A stretch of DNA of 64,000 nucleotides, taken from Eledone cirrhosa. Lineage: Eukaryota. The stretch is from assembly GCA_964016885.1 (NCBI GenBank), contig OZ024743.1, positions 210,118,001 to 210,182,000 of the forward strand, given 5' to 3'. The notes under the pieces were generated by a model. That model was not told where the DNA came from. It made no database searches and worked only from the letters and a program-made list of their open reading frames with translations. Made by a program: the position numbers and the translations under genes. Positions 30,401-44,799 of this stretch are shown piece by piece (position 1 is the stretch's first letter; each line of letters begins with the position of its first letter).

Positions 30401-32820
30401 CCATAAGATATACCACAGTTTACATTCCTATAGCCACACATGAAAGTTCTTCACTCGATAAGATATACCACAGTTTACCATCCTATAGCCACACATGAAA
30501 GCTCTTCACTCCATAAGATATACCACAGTTTACCATCCTATAGCCAGATGAAAGCTCTTCACTCCATAAGATATACGACAGTTTACCATCCTATAGCCAC
30601 ACATGAAAGCTCTTCAATCCATAAGATATACCCCAGTTTACCATCCTATAGCCAGATGAAAGCTCTTCACTCCATAAGATATACCACAGTTTACCACCCT
30701 ATAGCCACAGATGAAAGCTCTTCACTCCATGAGATATACCACAGTTTACCATCCTATAGCCACGCCACGGATGAAAGCTCTTCACTCCATAAGATATACC
30801 ACAGTTTACAATCCTATAGCCACAGATGAAAGCTCTTCACTCCATAAGATATACCACAGTTTACTATCCTATAGCCACAGATGAAAGCTCTTCACTCGAT
30901 AAGATATACCACAGTTTACCATCCTATAGCCACACATGAAAGCTCTTCACTCCATAAGATATACCACAGTTTACCATCCTATAGCCACACATGAAAGCTC
31001 TTCACTCCATAAGATATACCACAGTTTACCATCCTATAGCCACACATGAAAGCTCTTCACGCCATAAGATATACCTCAGTTTACCATCCTATAGCCACAG
31101 AAGAAAGCTCTTCACTCCATAAGATATACCACAGTTTACCATCCTATAGCCACAGATGGAAGCTCTTCACTCCATAAGATATACCACAGTTTACAATGCT
31201 ATAGCCACAGATGAAAGCTGTTCACTCCATAAGATATACGACAGTTTACCATCCTATAGCCACAGATGAAAGCTGTTCACTCCATAAGATATACGACAGT
31301 TTACCATCCTATAGCCAGATGAAAGCTCTTCACTCCATAAGATATACCACAGTTTACCATCCTATAGCCACAGATGAAAGCTGTTCACTCCATAAGATAT
31401 ACGACAGTTTACCATCCTATAGGCAAATGAAAGCTCTTCACTCCATAAGATATACCACAGTTTACCATCCTATAGCCAGATGAAAGCTCTTCACTCCATA
31501 AGATATACCACAGTTTACCATACTATAGCCACAGATGAAAGCTCTTCACTCCATAAGATATACCACAGTTTACCACCCTATAGCCACAGATGAAAGCTCT
31601 TCACTCCATAAGATATACCACAGTTTACCACCCTATAGCCACAGATGAAAGCTCTTCACTCCATAAGATATACCACAGTTTATCATCCTATAGCCACAGA
31701 TGAAAGCTCTTCACTCCATAAGATATACCACAGTTTACCATCCTATAGCCACACATGAAAGCTCTTCACCCCATAAGATACACCACAGTTTACCATCCTA
31801 TAGCCACACATGAAAGCTCTTCACTCCATAAGATATACCACAGTTTACCATCCTATAGCCACACAGGAAAGCTCTTCACTCCATAAGATATACCACAGTT
31901 TACCATTCTATAGCCACAGATGAAAGCTCTTCACCCCATAAGATATACCACAGTTTACCATCCTATAGCCACACATGAAAGCTCTTCACCCCATAAGATA
32001 TACCACAGTTTACCATCCTATTGCCACACATGAAAGCTCTTCACTCGATAAGATATACCACAGTTTACCATCCTATAGCCACACATGAAAGCTCTTCACT
32101 CCATAAGATATACCACAGTTTACCATCCTATAGCAAGATGAAAGCTCTTCACTCCATAAGATATACGACAGTTTACCATCCTATAGCCACACATGAAAAC
32201 TCTTCAATCCATAAGATATACCACAGTTTACCATCCTATAGCCACAGATGAAAGCTCTTCACTCCATAAGTTATACCACAGTTTACCATCCTATAGCCAC
32301 AGATGAAAGCTCTTCACCCCATAAGATACACCACAGTTTACCATCCTATAGCCACACATGAAAGCTCTTCACTCCATAAGATATACCACAATTTACCATC
32401 CTATAGCCACACAGGAAAGCTCTTCACTCCATAAGATATACCACAGTTTACCATTCTATAGCCACAGATGAAAGCTCTTCACCCCATAAGATATACCACA
32501 GTTTACCATCCTATAGCCACACATGAAAGTTCTTCACTCGATAAGATATACCACAGTTTACCATCCTATAGCCACACATGAAAGCTCTTCACTCCGTAAG
32601 ATATACCACAGTTTACCATCCTATAGCAAGATGAAAGCTCTTCACTCCATAAGATATACGACAGTTTACCATCCTATAGCCACACATGAAAACTCTTCAA
32701 TCCATAAGATATACCTCAGTTTACCATCTTATAGCCACAGATGAAAGCTCTTCACTTCATGAGATATACCACGGTTTACCATTCTATAGCCACACATGAA
32801 AGCTCTTCACGCCATAAGAT
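18835..32820. repeat. Higher-order duplication of a ~6.2-6.3 kb block (about 18835-25030 copied at about 25140-32820), with a later 110-bp indel and an internal 1594-bp duplication
   Basis: Offsets are 6308 (18861/25169, 19573/25881), then 6198 (20623/26821, 21268/27466, 22430/28628), then 7792 = 6198+1594 (23419/31211, 24229/32021, 24731/32523). Confidence 0.9.
27800..30990. repeat. Nested tandem duplication, period 1594 bp (29 monomers)
   Basis: ORF pairs 28628/30222 and 28846/30440; CAGGAAAG marker at 27857/29451. 1594 = 29x55 + 5 - 6 (one 60-mer and three 53-mers, all visible). Confidence 0.92.
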
Positions 32821-34939
32821 ATACCACAGTTTACCATCCTATAGCCACAGATGAAAGCTGTTCACTCCATAAGATATACGACAGTTTACCATCCTATAGC
32901 CAGATGAAAGCTCTTCACTCCATAAGATATACCACAGTTTACCATCCTATAGCCACAGATGAAAGCTGTTCACTCCATAAGATATACCACAGTTTACCAT
33001 CCTATAGCCAGATGAAAGCTCTTAACTCCATAAGATATACCACAGTTTACCATCCTATAGCCAGATGAAAGCTCTTCACTCCATAAGATATACCACAGTT
33101 TACCATCCTATAGCCACAGATGAAAGCTCTTCACTCCATAAGATATACCACAGTTTACCATCCTATAGCCACAGAGGAAAGCTCTTCACTCCATAAGATA
33201 TACCACAGTTTACCATCCTATAGCCACAGATGAAAGCTCTTCACCCCATAAGATACACCACAGTTTACCATCCTATAGCCACACATGAAAGCTCTTCACT
33301 CCATAAGATATACCACAGTTTACCATTCTATAGCCACAGATGAAAGCTCTTCACCCCATAAGATATACCACAGTTTACCATCCTATAGCCACACATGAAA
33401 GCTCTTCACCTCATAAGATATACCACAGTTTACCATCCTATTGCCACACATGAAAGTTCTTCACTCGATAAGATATACCACAGTTTACCATCCTATAGCC
33501 ACACATGAAAACTCTTCAATCCATAAGATATACCTCAGTTTACCATCCTATAGCCACAGATGAAAGCTCTTCACTCCATAAGATATACCACAGTTTACCA
33601 TCCTATAGCCACAGATGAAAGCTCTTCACCCCATAAGATACACCACAGTTTACCATCCTATAGCCACACATGAAAGCTCTTCACTCCATAAGATATACCA
33701 CAGTTTACCATCCTATAGCCACACAGGAAAGCTCTTCACTCCATAAGATATACCACAGTTTACCATTCTATAGCCACAGATGAAAGCTCTTCACCCCATA
33801 AGATATACCACAGTTTACCATCCTATAGCCACACATGAAAGTTCTTCACTCGATAAGATATACCACAGTTTACCATCCTATAGCCACACATGAAAGCTCT
33901 TCACTCCATAAGATACACCACAGTTTACCATCCTATAGCCACACATGAAAACTCTTCAATCCATAAGATATACCTCAGTTTACCATCTTATAGCCACAGA
34001 TGAAAGCTCTTCACTCCATGAGATATACCACGGTTTACCATCCTATAGCCACACATGAAAGCTCTTCACGCCATAAGATATACCTCAGTTTACCATCCTA
34101 TATCCACAGATGAAAGCTCTTCACTCCATAAGATATACCACAGTTTACCATCCTATAGCCACACATGAGAGCTCTTCACTCCATAAGATATACCACAGTT
34201 TACCATCCTATAGCCACAGATGAAAGCTCTTCACTCCATAAGATATACCACAGTTTACCATCCTATAGCCACACATGAGAGCTCTTAACCCCATAAGATA
34301 TACCTCAGTTTACCATCCTATAGCCACAGATGAAAGCTCTTCACTCCATAAGATATACCACAGTTTACCATCCTATAGCCACACATGAGAGCTCCTCATT
34401 CCATAAGATATACCACAGTTTACCATCCTATAGCCACACATGAAAGCTCTTCACTCCATAAGATATACCACAGTTTACCATCCTATGGCAACACATGAAA
34501 GCTCTTCACCCCATAAGATATACCACAGTTTACCATCCTATAGCCACACATGAAAGCTCTTCACTCCATAAGATATACCACAGTTTACCATCCTATAGCC
34601 AGATGAAAGCTCTTCACTCCATAAGATATACCACAGTTTACCATCCTATAGCCATACATGAAAGCTCTTCACTCCATAAGATATACCACAGTTTACATTC
34701 CTATAGCCACACATGAAAGTTCTTCACTCGATAAGATATACCACAGTTTACCATCCTATAGCCACACATGAAAGCTCTTCACTCCATAAGATATACCACA
34801 GTTTACCATCCTATAGCCAGATGAAAGCTCTTCACTCCATAAGATATACGACAGTTTACCATCCTATAGCCACACATGAAAGCTCTTCAATCCAAAAGAT
34901 ATACCCCAGTTTACCATCCTATAGCCAGATGAAAGCTCT

Positions 34940-37900
34940 TCACTCCATAAGATATACCACAGTTTACCACCCTATAGCCACAGATGAAAGCTCTTCACTC
35001 CATGAGATATACCACAGTTTACCATCCTATAGCCACGCCACGGATGAAAGCTCTTCACTCCATAAGATATACCACAGTTTACAATCCTATAGCCACAGAT
35101 GAAAGCTCTTCACTCCATAAGATATACCACAGTTTACCATCCTATGGCCACAGATGAAATCTCTTCACTCCATAAGATATACCACAGTTTACTATCCTAT
35201 AGCCACAGATGAAAGCTCTTCACTCGATAAGATATACCACAGTTTACCATCCTATAGCCACACATGAAAGCTCTTCACTCCATAAGATATACCACAGTTC
35301 ACCATCCTATAGCCACACATGAAAGCTCTTCACTCCATAAGATATACCACAGTTTACCATCCTATAGCCACACATGAAAGCTCTTCACGCCATAAGATAT
35401 ACCTCAGTTTACCATCCTATAGCCACAGAAGAAAGCTCTTCACTCCATAAGATATACCACAGTTTACCATCCTATAGCCACAGATGAAAGCTCTTCACTC
35501 CATGAGATATACCACAGTTTACAATGCTATAGCCACAGATGAAAGCTGTTCACTCCATAAGATATACGACAGTTTACCATCCTATAGCCACAGATGAAAG
35601 CTGTTCACTCCATAAGATATACGACAGTTTACCATCCTATAGCCAGATGAAAGCTCTTCACTCCATAAGATATACCACAGTTTACCATCCTATAGCCACA
35701 GATGAAAGCTGTTCACTCCATAAGATATACCACAGTTTACCATCCTATAGCCAGATGAAAGCTCTTCACTCCATAAGATATACCACAGTTTACCATCCTA
35801 TAGCCAGATGAAAGCTCTTCACTCCATAAGATATACCACAGTTTACCATACTATAGCCACAGATGAAAGCTCTTCACTCCATAAGATATACCACAGTTTA
35901 CCACCCTATAGCCACAGATGAAAGCTCTTCACTCCATAAGATATACCACAGTTTACCATCCTATAGCCACACATGAAAGCTCTTCACTCCATAAGATATA
36001 CCACAGTTTATCATCCTATAGCCACAGATGAAAGCTCTTCACTCCATAAGATATACCACAGTTTACCATCCTATAGCCACAGATGAAAGCTCTTCACCCC
36101 ATAAGATACACCACAGTTTACCATCCTATAGCCACACATGAAAGCTCTTCACTCCATAAGATATACCACAGTTTACCGTCCTATAGCCACACAGGAAAGC
36201 TCTTCACTCCATAAGATATACCACAGTTTACCATTCTATAGCCACAGATGAAAGCTCTTCACCCCATAAGATATACCACAGTTTACCATCCTATAGCCAC
36301 ACATGAAAGCTCTTCACCCCATAAGATATACCACAGTTTACCATCCTATTGCCACACATGAAAGTTCTTCACTCGATAAGATATACCACAGTTTACCATC
36401 CTATAGCCACAGATGAAAGCTCTTCACTCCATAAGATATACCACAGTTTACCATCCTATAGCCACACATGAAAGCTCTTCACTCCATAAGATATACCACA
36501 GTTTACCATCCTATAGTCAAGCCAGGGATGAAAGCTCTTCACTCCCTAAGATATACCACAGTTTACCATCCTATAGTCACACATGAAAGCTCTTCACTCC
36601 ATAAGATATACCACAGTTTACCATCCTATAGCCAGATGAAAGCTCTTCACTCCATAAGATATACCACAGTTTACCATCCTATAGCCACAGATGAAAGCTC
36701 TTCACTCCATAAGATATACCACAGTTTACCATCCTATAGCCACAGATGAAAGCTCTTCACTCCATAAGATATACCACAGTTTACATTCCTATAGCCACAG
36801 ATGAAAGCTGTTCACTCCATAAGATATACCACAGTTTACCATCCTATAGCCACACATGAAAGCTCTTCACTCCATAAGATATACCACAGTTTACCATCCT
36901 ATAGCCACACATGAAAGCTCTTCACTCCATAAGATATACCACAGTTTACCATCCTATAGCCAGATGAAAGCTCTTTACTCCATAAGATATACCACAGTTA
37001 ACCATCCTATAGCCACAGATGAAAGCTCTTCACTCCATAAGATATACCACAGTTTACCATCCTATAGCCACACATGAAAGCTCTTCACTCCATAAGATAT
37101 ACCACAGTTTACCATCCTATAGCCACAGATGAAAGCTGTTCACTCCATAAGATATACCACAGTTTACCATCCTATAGCCAGATGAAAGCTCTTCACTCCA
37201 TAAGATATACCACAGTTTACCATCCTATAGCCAGATGAAAGCTCTTCACTCCATAAGATATACCACAGTTTACCATCCTATAGCCACAGATGAAAGCTGT
37301 TCACTCCATAAGATTTACCACAGTTTACCATCCTATAGCCAGATGAAAGCTCTTCACTCCATAAGATATAGCACAGTTTACCATCCTAAAGCCACAGATG
37401 AAAGTTCTTCACTCCATAAGATATACCACAGTTTACCATCCTATAGCCACAGATGAAAGCTCTTCACTCCATAAGATATACCACAGTTTACCATCCTATA
37501 GCCACAGATGAAAGCTCTTCACTCCATAAGATATACCACAGTTTACCATCCTATAGCCACAGATGAAAGCTCTTCACCCCATAAGATATACCACAGTTTA
37601 CCATCCTATAGCCACGCATGAAAGCTCTTCACTCCATAAGATATACCACAGTTTACCATCCTATAGCCACGGATGAAGGCTCTTCACCCCATAAGATATA
37701 CCACAGTTTACCATCCTATAGCCACACATGAAAGCTCTTCACTCCATGAGATATACCACAGTTTACCATCCTATAGCCACACATGAAAGCTCTTCACTCC
37801 ATAAGATATACCACAGTTTACCATCCTATAGCCACACATGAAAGCTCTTCACTCCATAAGATATACCACAGTTTACCATCCTATAGCCACACATGAAAGC

Positions 37901-40900
37901 TCTTCACTCCATAAGATATACCACAGTTTACCATCCTATAGCCACAGATGAAAGCTCTTCACCTCATAAGATATACCACAGTTTACCATCCTATAGCCAC
38001 AGATGAAAGCTCTTCACCCCATAAGATATACCACAGTTTACCATCCTATAGCCACACATGAAAGCTCTTCACTCCATAAGATATACCACAGTTTACCATC
38101 CTATAGCCACACATGAAAGCTCTTCACTCCATAAGATATACCACAGTTTACCATCCTATAGTCACACATGAAAGCTCTTCACTCCATAAGATATACCACA
38201 GTTTACCATCCTATAGCCAGATGAAAGCTCTTCACTCCATAAGATATACCACAGTTTACCATCCTATAGCCACAGATGAAAGCTCTTCACTCCATAAGAT
38301 ATACCACAGTTTACCATCCTATAGCCACAGATGAAAGCTTTTCACTCCATAAGATATACCACAGTTTACATTCCTATAGCCACAGATGAAAGTTGTTCAC
38401 TCCATAAGATATACCACAGTTTACCATCCTATAGCCACACATGAAATCTCTTCACTCCATAAGATATACCACAGTTTACCATCCTATAGCCACACATGAA
38501 AGCTCTTCACTCCATAAGATATACCACAGTTTACCATCCTATAGCCAGATGAAAGCTCTTCACTCCATAAGATATACCACAGTTAACCATCCTATAGCCA
38601 CAGATGAAAGCACTTCACTCCAAAAGATATACCACAGTTTACCATCCTATAGCCACAGATGAAAGCTGTTCACTCCATAAGATATACCATAGTTTACCAT
38701 CCTATAGCCACACATGAAAGCTCTTCACTCCATAAGATATACCACAGTTTACCATCCTATAGCCACAGATGAAAGCTGTTCACTCCATAATATATACGAC
38801 AGTTTACCATCCTATAGCCACAGATGAAAGCTGTTCACTCCATAAGATATACGACAGTTTACCATCCTATAGCCAGATGAAAGCTCTTCACTCCATAAGA
38901 TATACCACAGTTTACCATCCTATAGCCACAGATGAAAGCTCTTCACTCCATAAGATATACCACAGTTTACCACCCTATAGCCACAGATGAAAGCTCTTCA
39001 CTCCATGAGATATACCACAGTTTACCATCCTATAGCCACGCCACGGATGAAAGCTCTTCACTCCATAAGATATACCACAGTTTACAATCCTATAGCCACA
39101 GATGAAAGCTCTTCACTCCATAAGATATACCACAGTTTACCATCCTATGGCCACAGATGAAATCTCTTCACTCCATAAGATATACCACAGTTTACTATCC
39201 TATAGCCACAGATGAAAGCTCTTCACTCGATAAGATATACCACAGTTTACCATCCTATAGCCACACATGAAAGCTCTTCACTCCATAAGATATACCACAG
39301 TTCACCATCCTATAGCCACACATGAAAGCTCTTCACTCCATAAGATATACCACAGTTTACCATCCTATAGCCACACATGAAAGCTCTTCACGCCATAAGA
39401 TATACCTCAGTTTACCATCCTATAGCCACAGAAGAAAGCTCTTCACTCCATAAGATATACCACAGTTTACCATCCTATAGCCACAGATGAAAGCTCTTCA
39501 CTCCATGAGATATACCACAGTTTACAATGCTATAGCCACAGATGAAAGCTGTTCACTCCATAAGATATACGACAGTTTACCATCCTATAGCCACAGATGA
39601 AAGCTGTTCACTCCATAAGATATACGACAGTTTACCATCCTATAGCCAGATGAAAGCTCTTCACTCCATAAGATATACCACAGTTTACCATCCTATAGCC
39701 ACAGATGAAAGCTGTTCACTCCATAAGATATACCACAGTTTACCATCCTATAGCCAGATGAAAGCTCTTCACTCCATAAGATATACCACAGTTTACCATC
39801 CTATAGCCAGATGAAAGCTCTTCACTCCATAAGATATACCACAGTTTACCATACTATAGCCACAGATGAAAGCTCTTCACTCCATAAGATATACCACAGT
39901 TTACCACCCTATAGCCACAGATGAAAGCTCTTCACTCCATAAGATATACCACAGTTTACCATCCTATAGCCACACATGAAAGCTCTTCACTCCATAAGAT
40001 ATACCACAGTTTATCATCCTATAGCCACAGATGAAAGCTCTTCACTCCATAAGATATACCACAGTTTACCATCCTATAGCCACAGATGAAAGCTCTTCAC
40101 CCCATAAGATACACCACAGTTTACCATCCTATAGCCACACATGAAAGCTCTTCACTCCATAAGATATACCACAGTTTACCGTCCTATAGCCACACAGGAA
40201 AGCTCTTCACTCCATAAGATATACCACAGTTTACCATTCTATAGCCACAGATGAAAGCTCTTCACCCCATAAGATATACCACAGTTTACCATCCTATAGC
40301 CACACATGAAAGCTCTTCACCCCATAAGATATACCACAGTTTACCATCCTATTGCCACACATGAAAGTTCTTCACTCGATAAGATATACCACAGTTTACC
40401 ATCCTATAGCCACAGATGAAAGCTCTTCACTCCATAAGATATACCACAGTTTACCATCCTATAGCCACACATGAAAGCTCTTCACTCCATAAGATATACC
40501 ACAGTTTACCATCCTATAGTCAAGCCAGGGATGAAAGCTCTTCACTCCCTAAGATATACCACAGTTTACCATCCTATAGTCACACATGAAAGCTCTTCAC
40601 TCCATAAGATATACCACAGTTTACCATCCTATAGCCAGATGAAAGCTCTTCACTCCATAAGATATACCACAGTTTACCATCCTATAGCCACAGATGAAAG
40701 CTCTTCACTCCATAAGATATACCACAGTTTACCATCCTATAGCCACAGATGAAAGCTCTTCACTCCATAAGATATACCACAGTTTACATTCCTATAGCCA
40801 CAGATGAAAGCTGTTCACTCCATAAGATATACCACAGTTTACCATCCTATAGCCACACATGAAAGCTCTTCACTCCATAAGATATACCACAGTTTACCAT

Positions 40901-43000
40901 CCTATAGCCACACATGAAAGCTCTTCACTCCATAAGATATACCACAGTTTACCATCCTATAGCCAGATGAAAGCTCTTTACTCCATAAGATATACCACAG
41001 TTAACCATCCTATAGCCACAGATGAAAGCTCTTCACTCCATAAGATATACCACAGTTTACCATCCTATAGCCACACATGAAAGCTGTTCACTCCATAAGA
41101 TATACCACAGTTTACCATCCTATAGCCACAGATGAAAGCTGTTCACTCCATAAGATATACCACTGTTTACCATCCTATAGCCAGATGAAAGCTCTTCACT
41201 CCATAAGATATACCACAGTTTACCATCCTATAGCCAGATGAAAGCTCTTCACTCCATAAGATATACCACAGTTTACCATCCTATAGCCACAGATGAAAGC
41301 TGTTCACTCCATAAGATTTACCACAGTTTACCATCCTATAGCCAGATGAAAGCTCTTCACTCCATAAGATATAGCACAGTTTACCATCCTAAAGCCACAG
41401 ATGAAAGTTCTTCACTCCATAAGATATACCACAGTTTACCATCCTATAGCCACAGATGAAAGCTCTTCACTCCATAAGATATACCACAGTTTACCATCCT
41501 ATAGCCACAGATGAAAGCTCTTCACTCCATAAGATATACCACAGTTTACCATCCTATAGCCACAGATGAAAGCTCTTCACCCCATAAGATATACCACAGT
41601 TTACCATCCTATAGCCACGCATGAAAGCTCTTCACTCCATAAGATATACCACAGTTTACCATCCTATAGCCACGGATGAAGGCTCTTCACCCCATAAGAT
41701 ATACCACAGTTTACCATCCTATAGCCACACATGAAAGCTCTTCACTCCATGAGATATACCACAGTTTACCATCCTATAGCCACACATGAAAGCTCTTCAC
41801 TCCATAAGATATACCACAGTTTACCATCCTATAGCCACACATGAAAGCTCTTCACTCCATAAGATATACCACAGTTTACCATCCTATAGCCACACATGAA
41901 AGCTCTTCACTCCATAAGATATACCACAGTTTACCATCCTATAGCCACAGATGAAAGCTCTTCACCCCATAAGATATACCACAGTTTACCATCCTATAGC
42001 CACAGATGAAAGCTCTTCACCCCATAAGATATACCACAGTTTACCATCCTATAGCCACACATGAAAGCTCTTCACTCCATAAGATATACCACAGTTTACC
42101 ATCCTATAGCCACACATGAAAGCTCTTCACTCCATAAGATATACCACAGTTTACCATCCTATAGTCACACATGAAAGCTCTTCACTCCATAAGATATACC
42201 ACAGTTTACCATCCTATAGCCAGATGAAAGCTCTTCACTCCATAAGATATACCACAGTTTACCATCCTATAGCCACAGATGAAAGCTCTTCACTCCATAA
42301 GATATACCACAGTTTACCATCCTATAGCCACAGATGAAAGCTCTTCACTCCATAAGATATACCACAGTTTACCATCCTATAGCCACAGATGAAAGCTTTT
42401 CACTCCATAAGATATACCACAGTTTACATTCCTATAGCCACAGATGAAAGTTGTTCACTCCATAAGATATACCACAGTTTACCATCCTATAGCCACACAT
42501 GAAATCTCTTCACTCCATAAGATATACCACAGTTTACCATCCTATAGCCACACATGAAAGCTCTTCACTCCATAAGATATACCACAGTTTACCATCCTAT
42601 AGCCAGATGAAAGCTCTTCACTCCATAAGATATACCACAGTTAACCATCCTATAGCCACAGATGAAAGCACTTCACTCCAAAAGATATACCACAGTTTAC
42701 CATCCTATAGCCACAGATGAAAGCTGTTCACTCCATAAGATATACCATAGTTTACCATCCTATAGCCACACATGAAAGCTCTTCACTCCATAAGATATAC
42801 CACAGTTTACCATCCTATAGCCACAGATGAAAGCTGTTCACTCCATAATATATACGACAGTTTACCATCCTATAGCCACAGATGAAAGCTGTTCACTCCA
42901 TAAGATATACGACAGTTTACCATCCTATAGCCAGATGAAAGCTCTTCACTCCATAAGATATACCACAGTTTACCATCCTATAGCCACAGATGAAAGCTCT
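34940..43000. repeat. Higher-order tandem duplication, period 4003 bp; the second copy has one extra monomer (4058)
   Basis: Offsets are 4003 (35539/39542, 36468/40471, 36856/40859, 37235/41238, 38113/42116), then 4058 (38441/42499, 38769/42827). Private markers: GTCAAGCCAGGG, ACCGTCC, GGATGAAGGC and AAGCACTTC. Confidence 0.93.
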
Positions 43001-44799
43001 TCACTCCATAAGATATACCACAGTTTACCATCCTATAGCCACAGATGAAAGCTGTTCACTCCATAAGATATACCACAGTTTACCATCCTATAGCCAGATG
43101 AAAGCTCTTCACTCCATAAGATATACCACAGTTTACCATCCTATAGCCACAGATGAAAGCTGTTCACTCCATAACATATACCACAGTTTACCATCCTATA
43201 GCCAGATGAAAGCTCTTCACTCCATAAGATATAGAACAGTTTACCATCCTAAAGCCACAGATGAAAGTTCTTCACTCCATAAGATATACCACAGTTTACC
43301 ATCCTATAGCCACAGATGAAAGCTCTTCACTCCATAAGATAAACCACAGTTTACCATCCTATAGCCACAGATGAAAGCTCTTCACTCCATAAGATATAGC
43401 ACAATTTACCATCCTATAGCCACAGATGAAAGCTCTTCACTCCATAAGATATACCACAGTTTGCCATCCTATAGCCACAGATGAAAGCTCTTCACCCCAT
43501 AAGATATACCACAGTTTACCATCCTATAGCCACACATGAAAGCTCTTCACTCCATAAGATATACCACAGTTTACCATCCTATAGCCACACATGAAAGCTC
43601 TTCACTCCATAAGATATACCACAGTTTACCATCCTATAGCCACACATGAAAGCTCTTCACTCCATAAGATATACCACAGTTTACCATCCTATAGCCACAC
43701 ATGAAAGCTCTTCACTCCATAAGATATACCACAGTTTACCATCCTATAGCCACAGATGAAAGCTCTTCACCCCATAAGATATACCACAGTTTACCATCCT
43801 ATAGCCACAGATGAAAGCTCTTCACCCCATAAGATATACCACAGTTTACCATCCTATAGCCACACATGAAAGCTCTTCACTCCATAAGATATACCACATT
43901 TTACCATCCTATAGCCACACATGAAAGCTCTTCACTCCATAAGATATACCACAGTTTACCATCCTATAGTCACACATGAAAGCTCTTCACTCCATAAGAT
44001 ATACCACAGTTTACCATCCTATAGCCAGATGAAAGCTCTTCACTCCATAAGATATACCACAGTTTACCATCCTATAGCCACAGATGAAAGCTCTTCACTC
44101 CATAAGATATACCACAGTTTACCATCCTATAGCCACAGATGAAAGCTCTTCACTCCATAAGATATAACACAGTTTACATTCCTATAGCCACAGATGAAAG
44201 CTGTTCACTCCATAAGATATACCACAGTTTACCATCCTATAGCCACACATGAAAGCTCTTCACTCCATAAGATATACCACAGTTTACCATCCTATAGCCA
44301 CACATGAAAGCTCTTCACTCCATAAGATATACCACAGTTTACCATCCTATAGCCAGATGAAAGCTCTTCACTCCATAAGATATACCACAGTTAACCATCC
44401 TATAGCCACAGATGAAAGCTCTTCACTCCAAAAGATATACCACAGTTTACCATCCTATAGCCACAGATGAAAGCTGTTCACTCCATAACATATACCACAG
44501 TTTACCATCCTATAGCCACACATGAAATCTCTTCACTCCATAAGATATACCACAGTTTACCATCCTATAGCCACAGATGAAAGCTGTTCACTCCATAATA
44601 TATACGACAGTTTACCATCCTATAGCCACAGATGAAAGCTGTTCACTCCATAAGATATACGACAGTTTACCATCCTATAGCCAGATGAAAGCTCTTCACT
44701 CCATAAGATATACCACAGTTTACCATCCTATAGCCACAGATGAAAGCTGTTCACTCCATAAGATATACCACAGTTTACCATCCTATAGCCAGATGAAAG

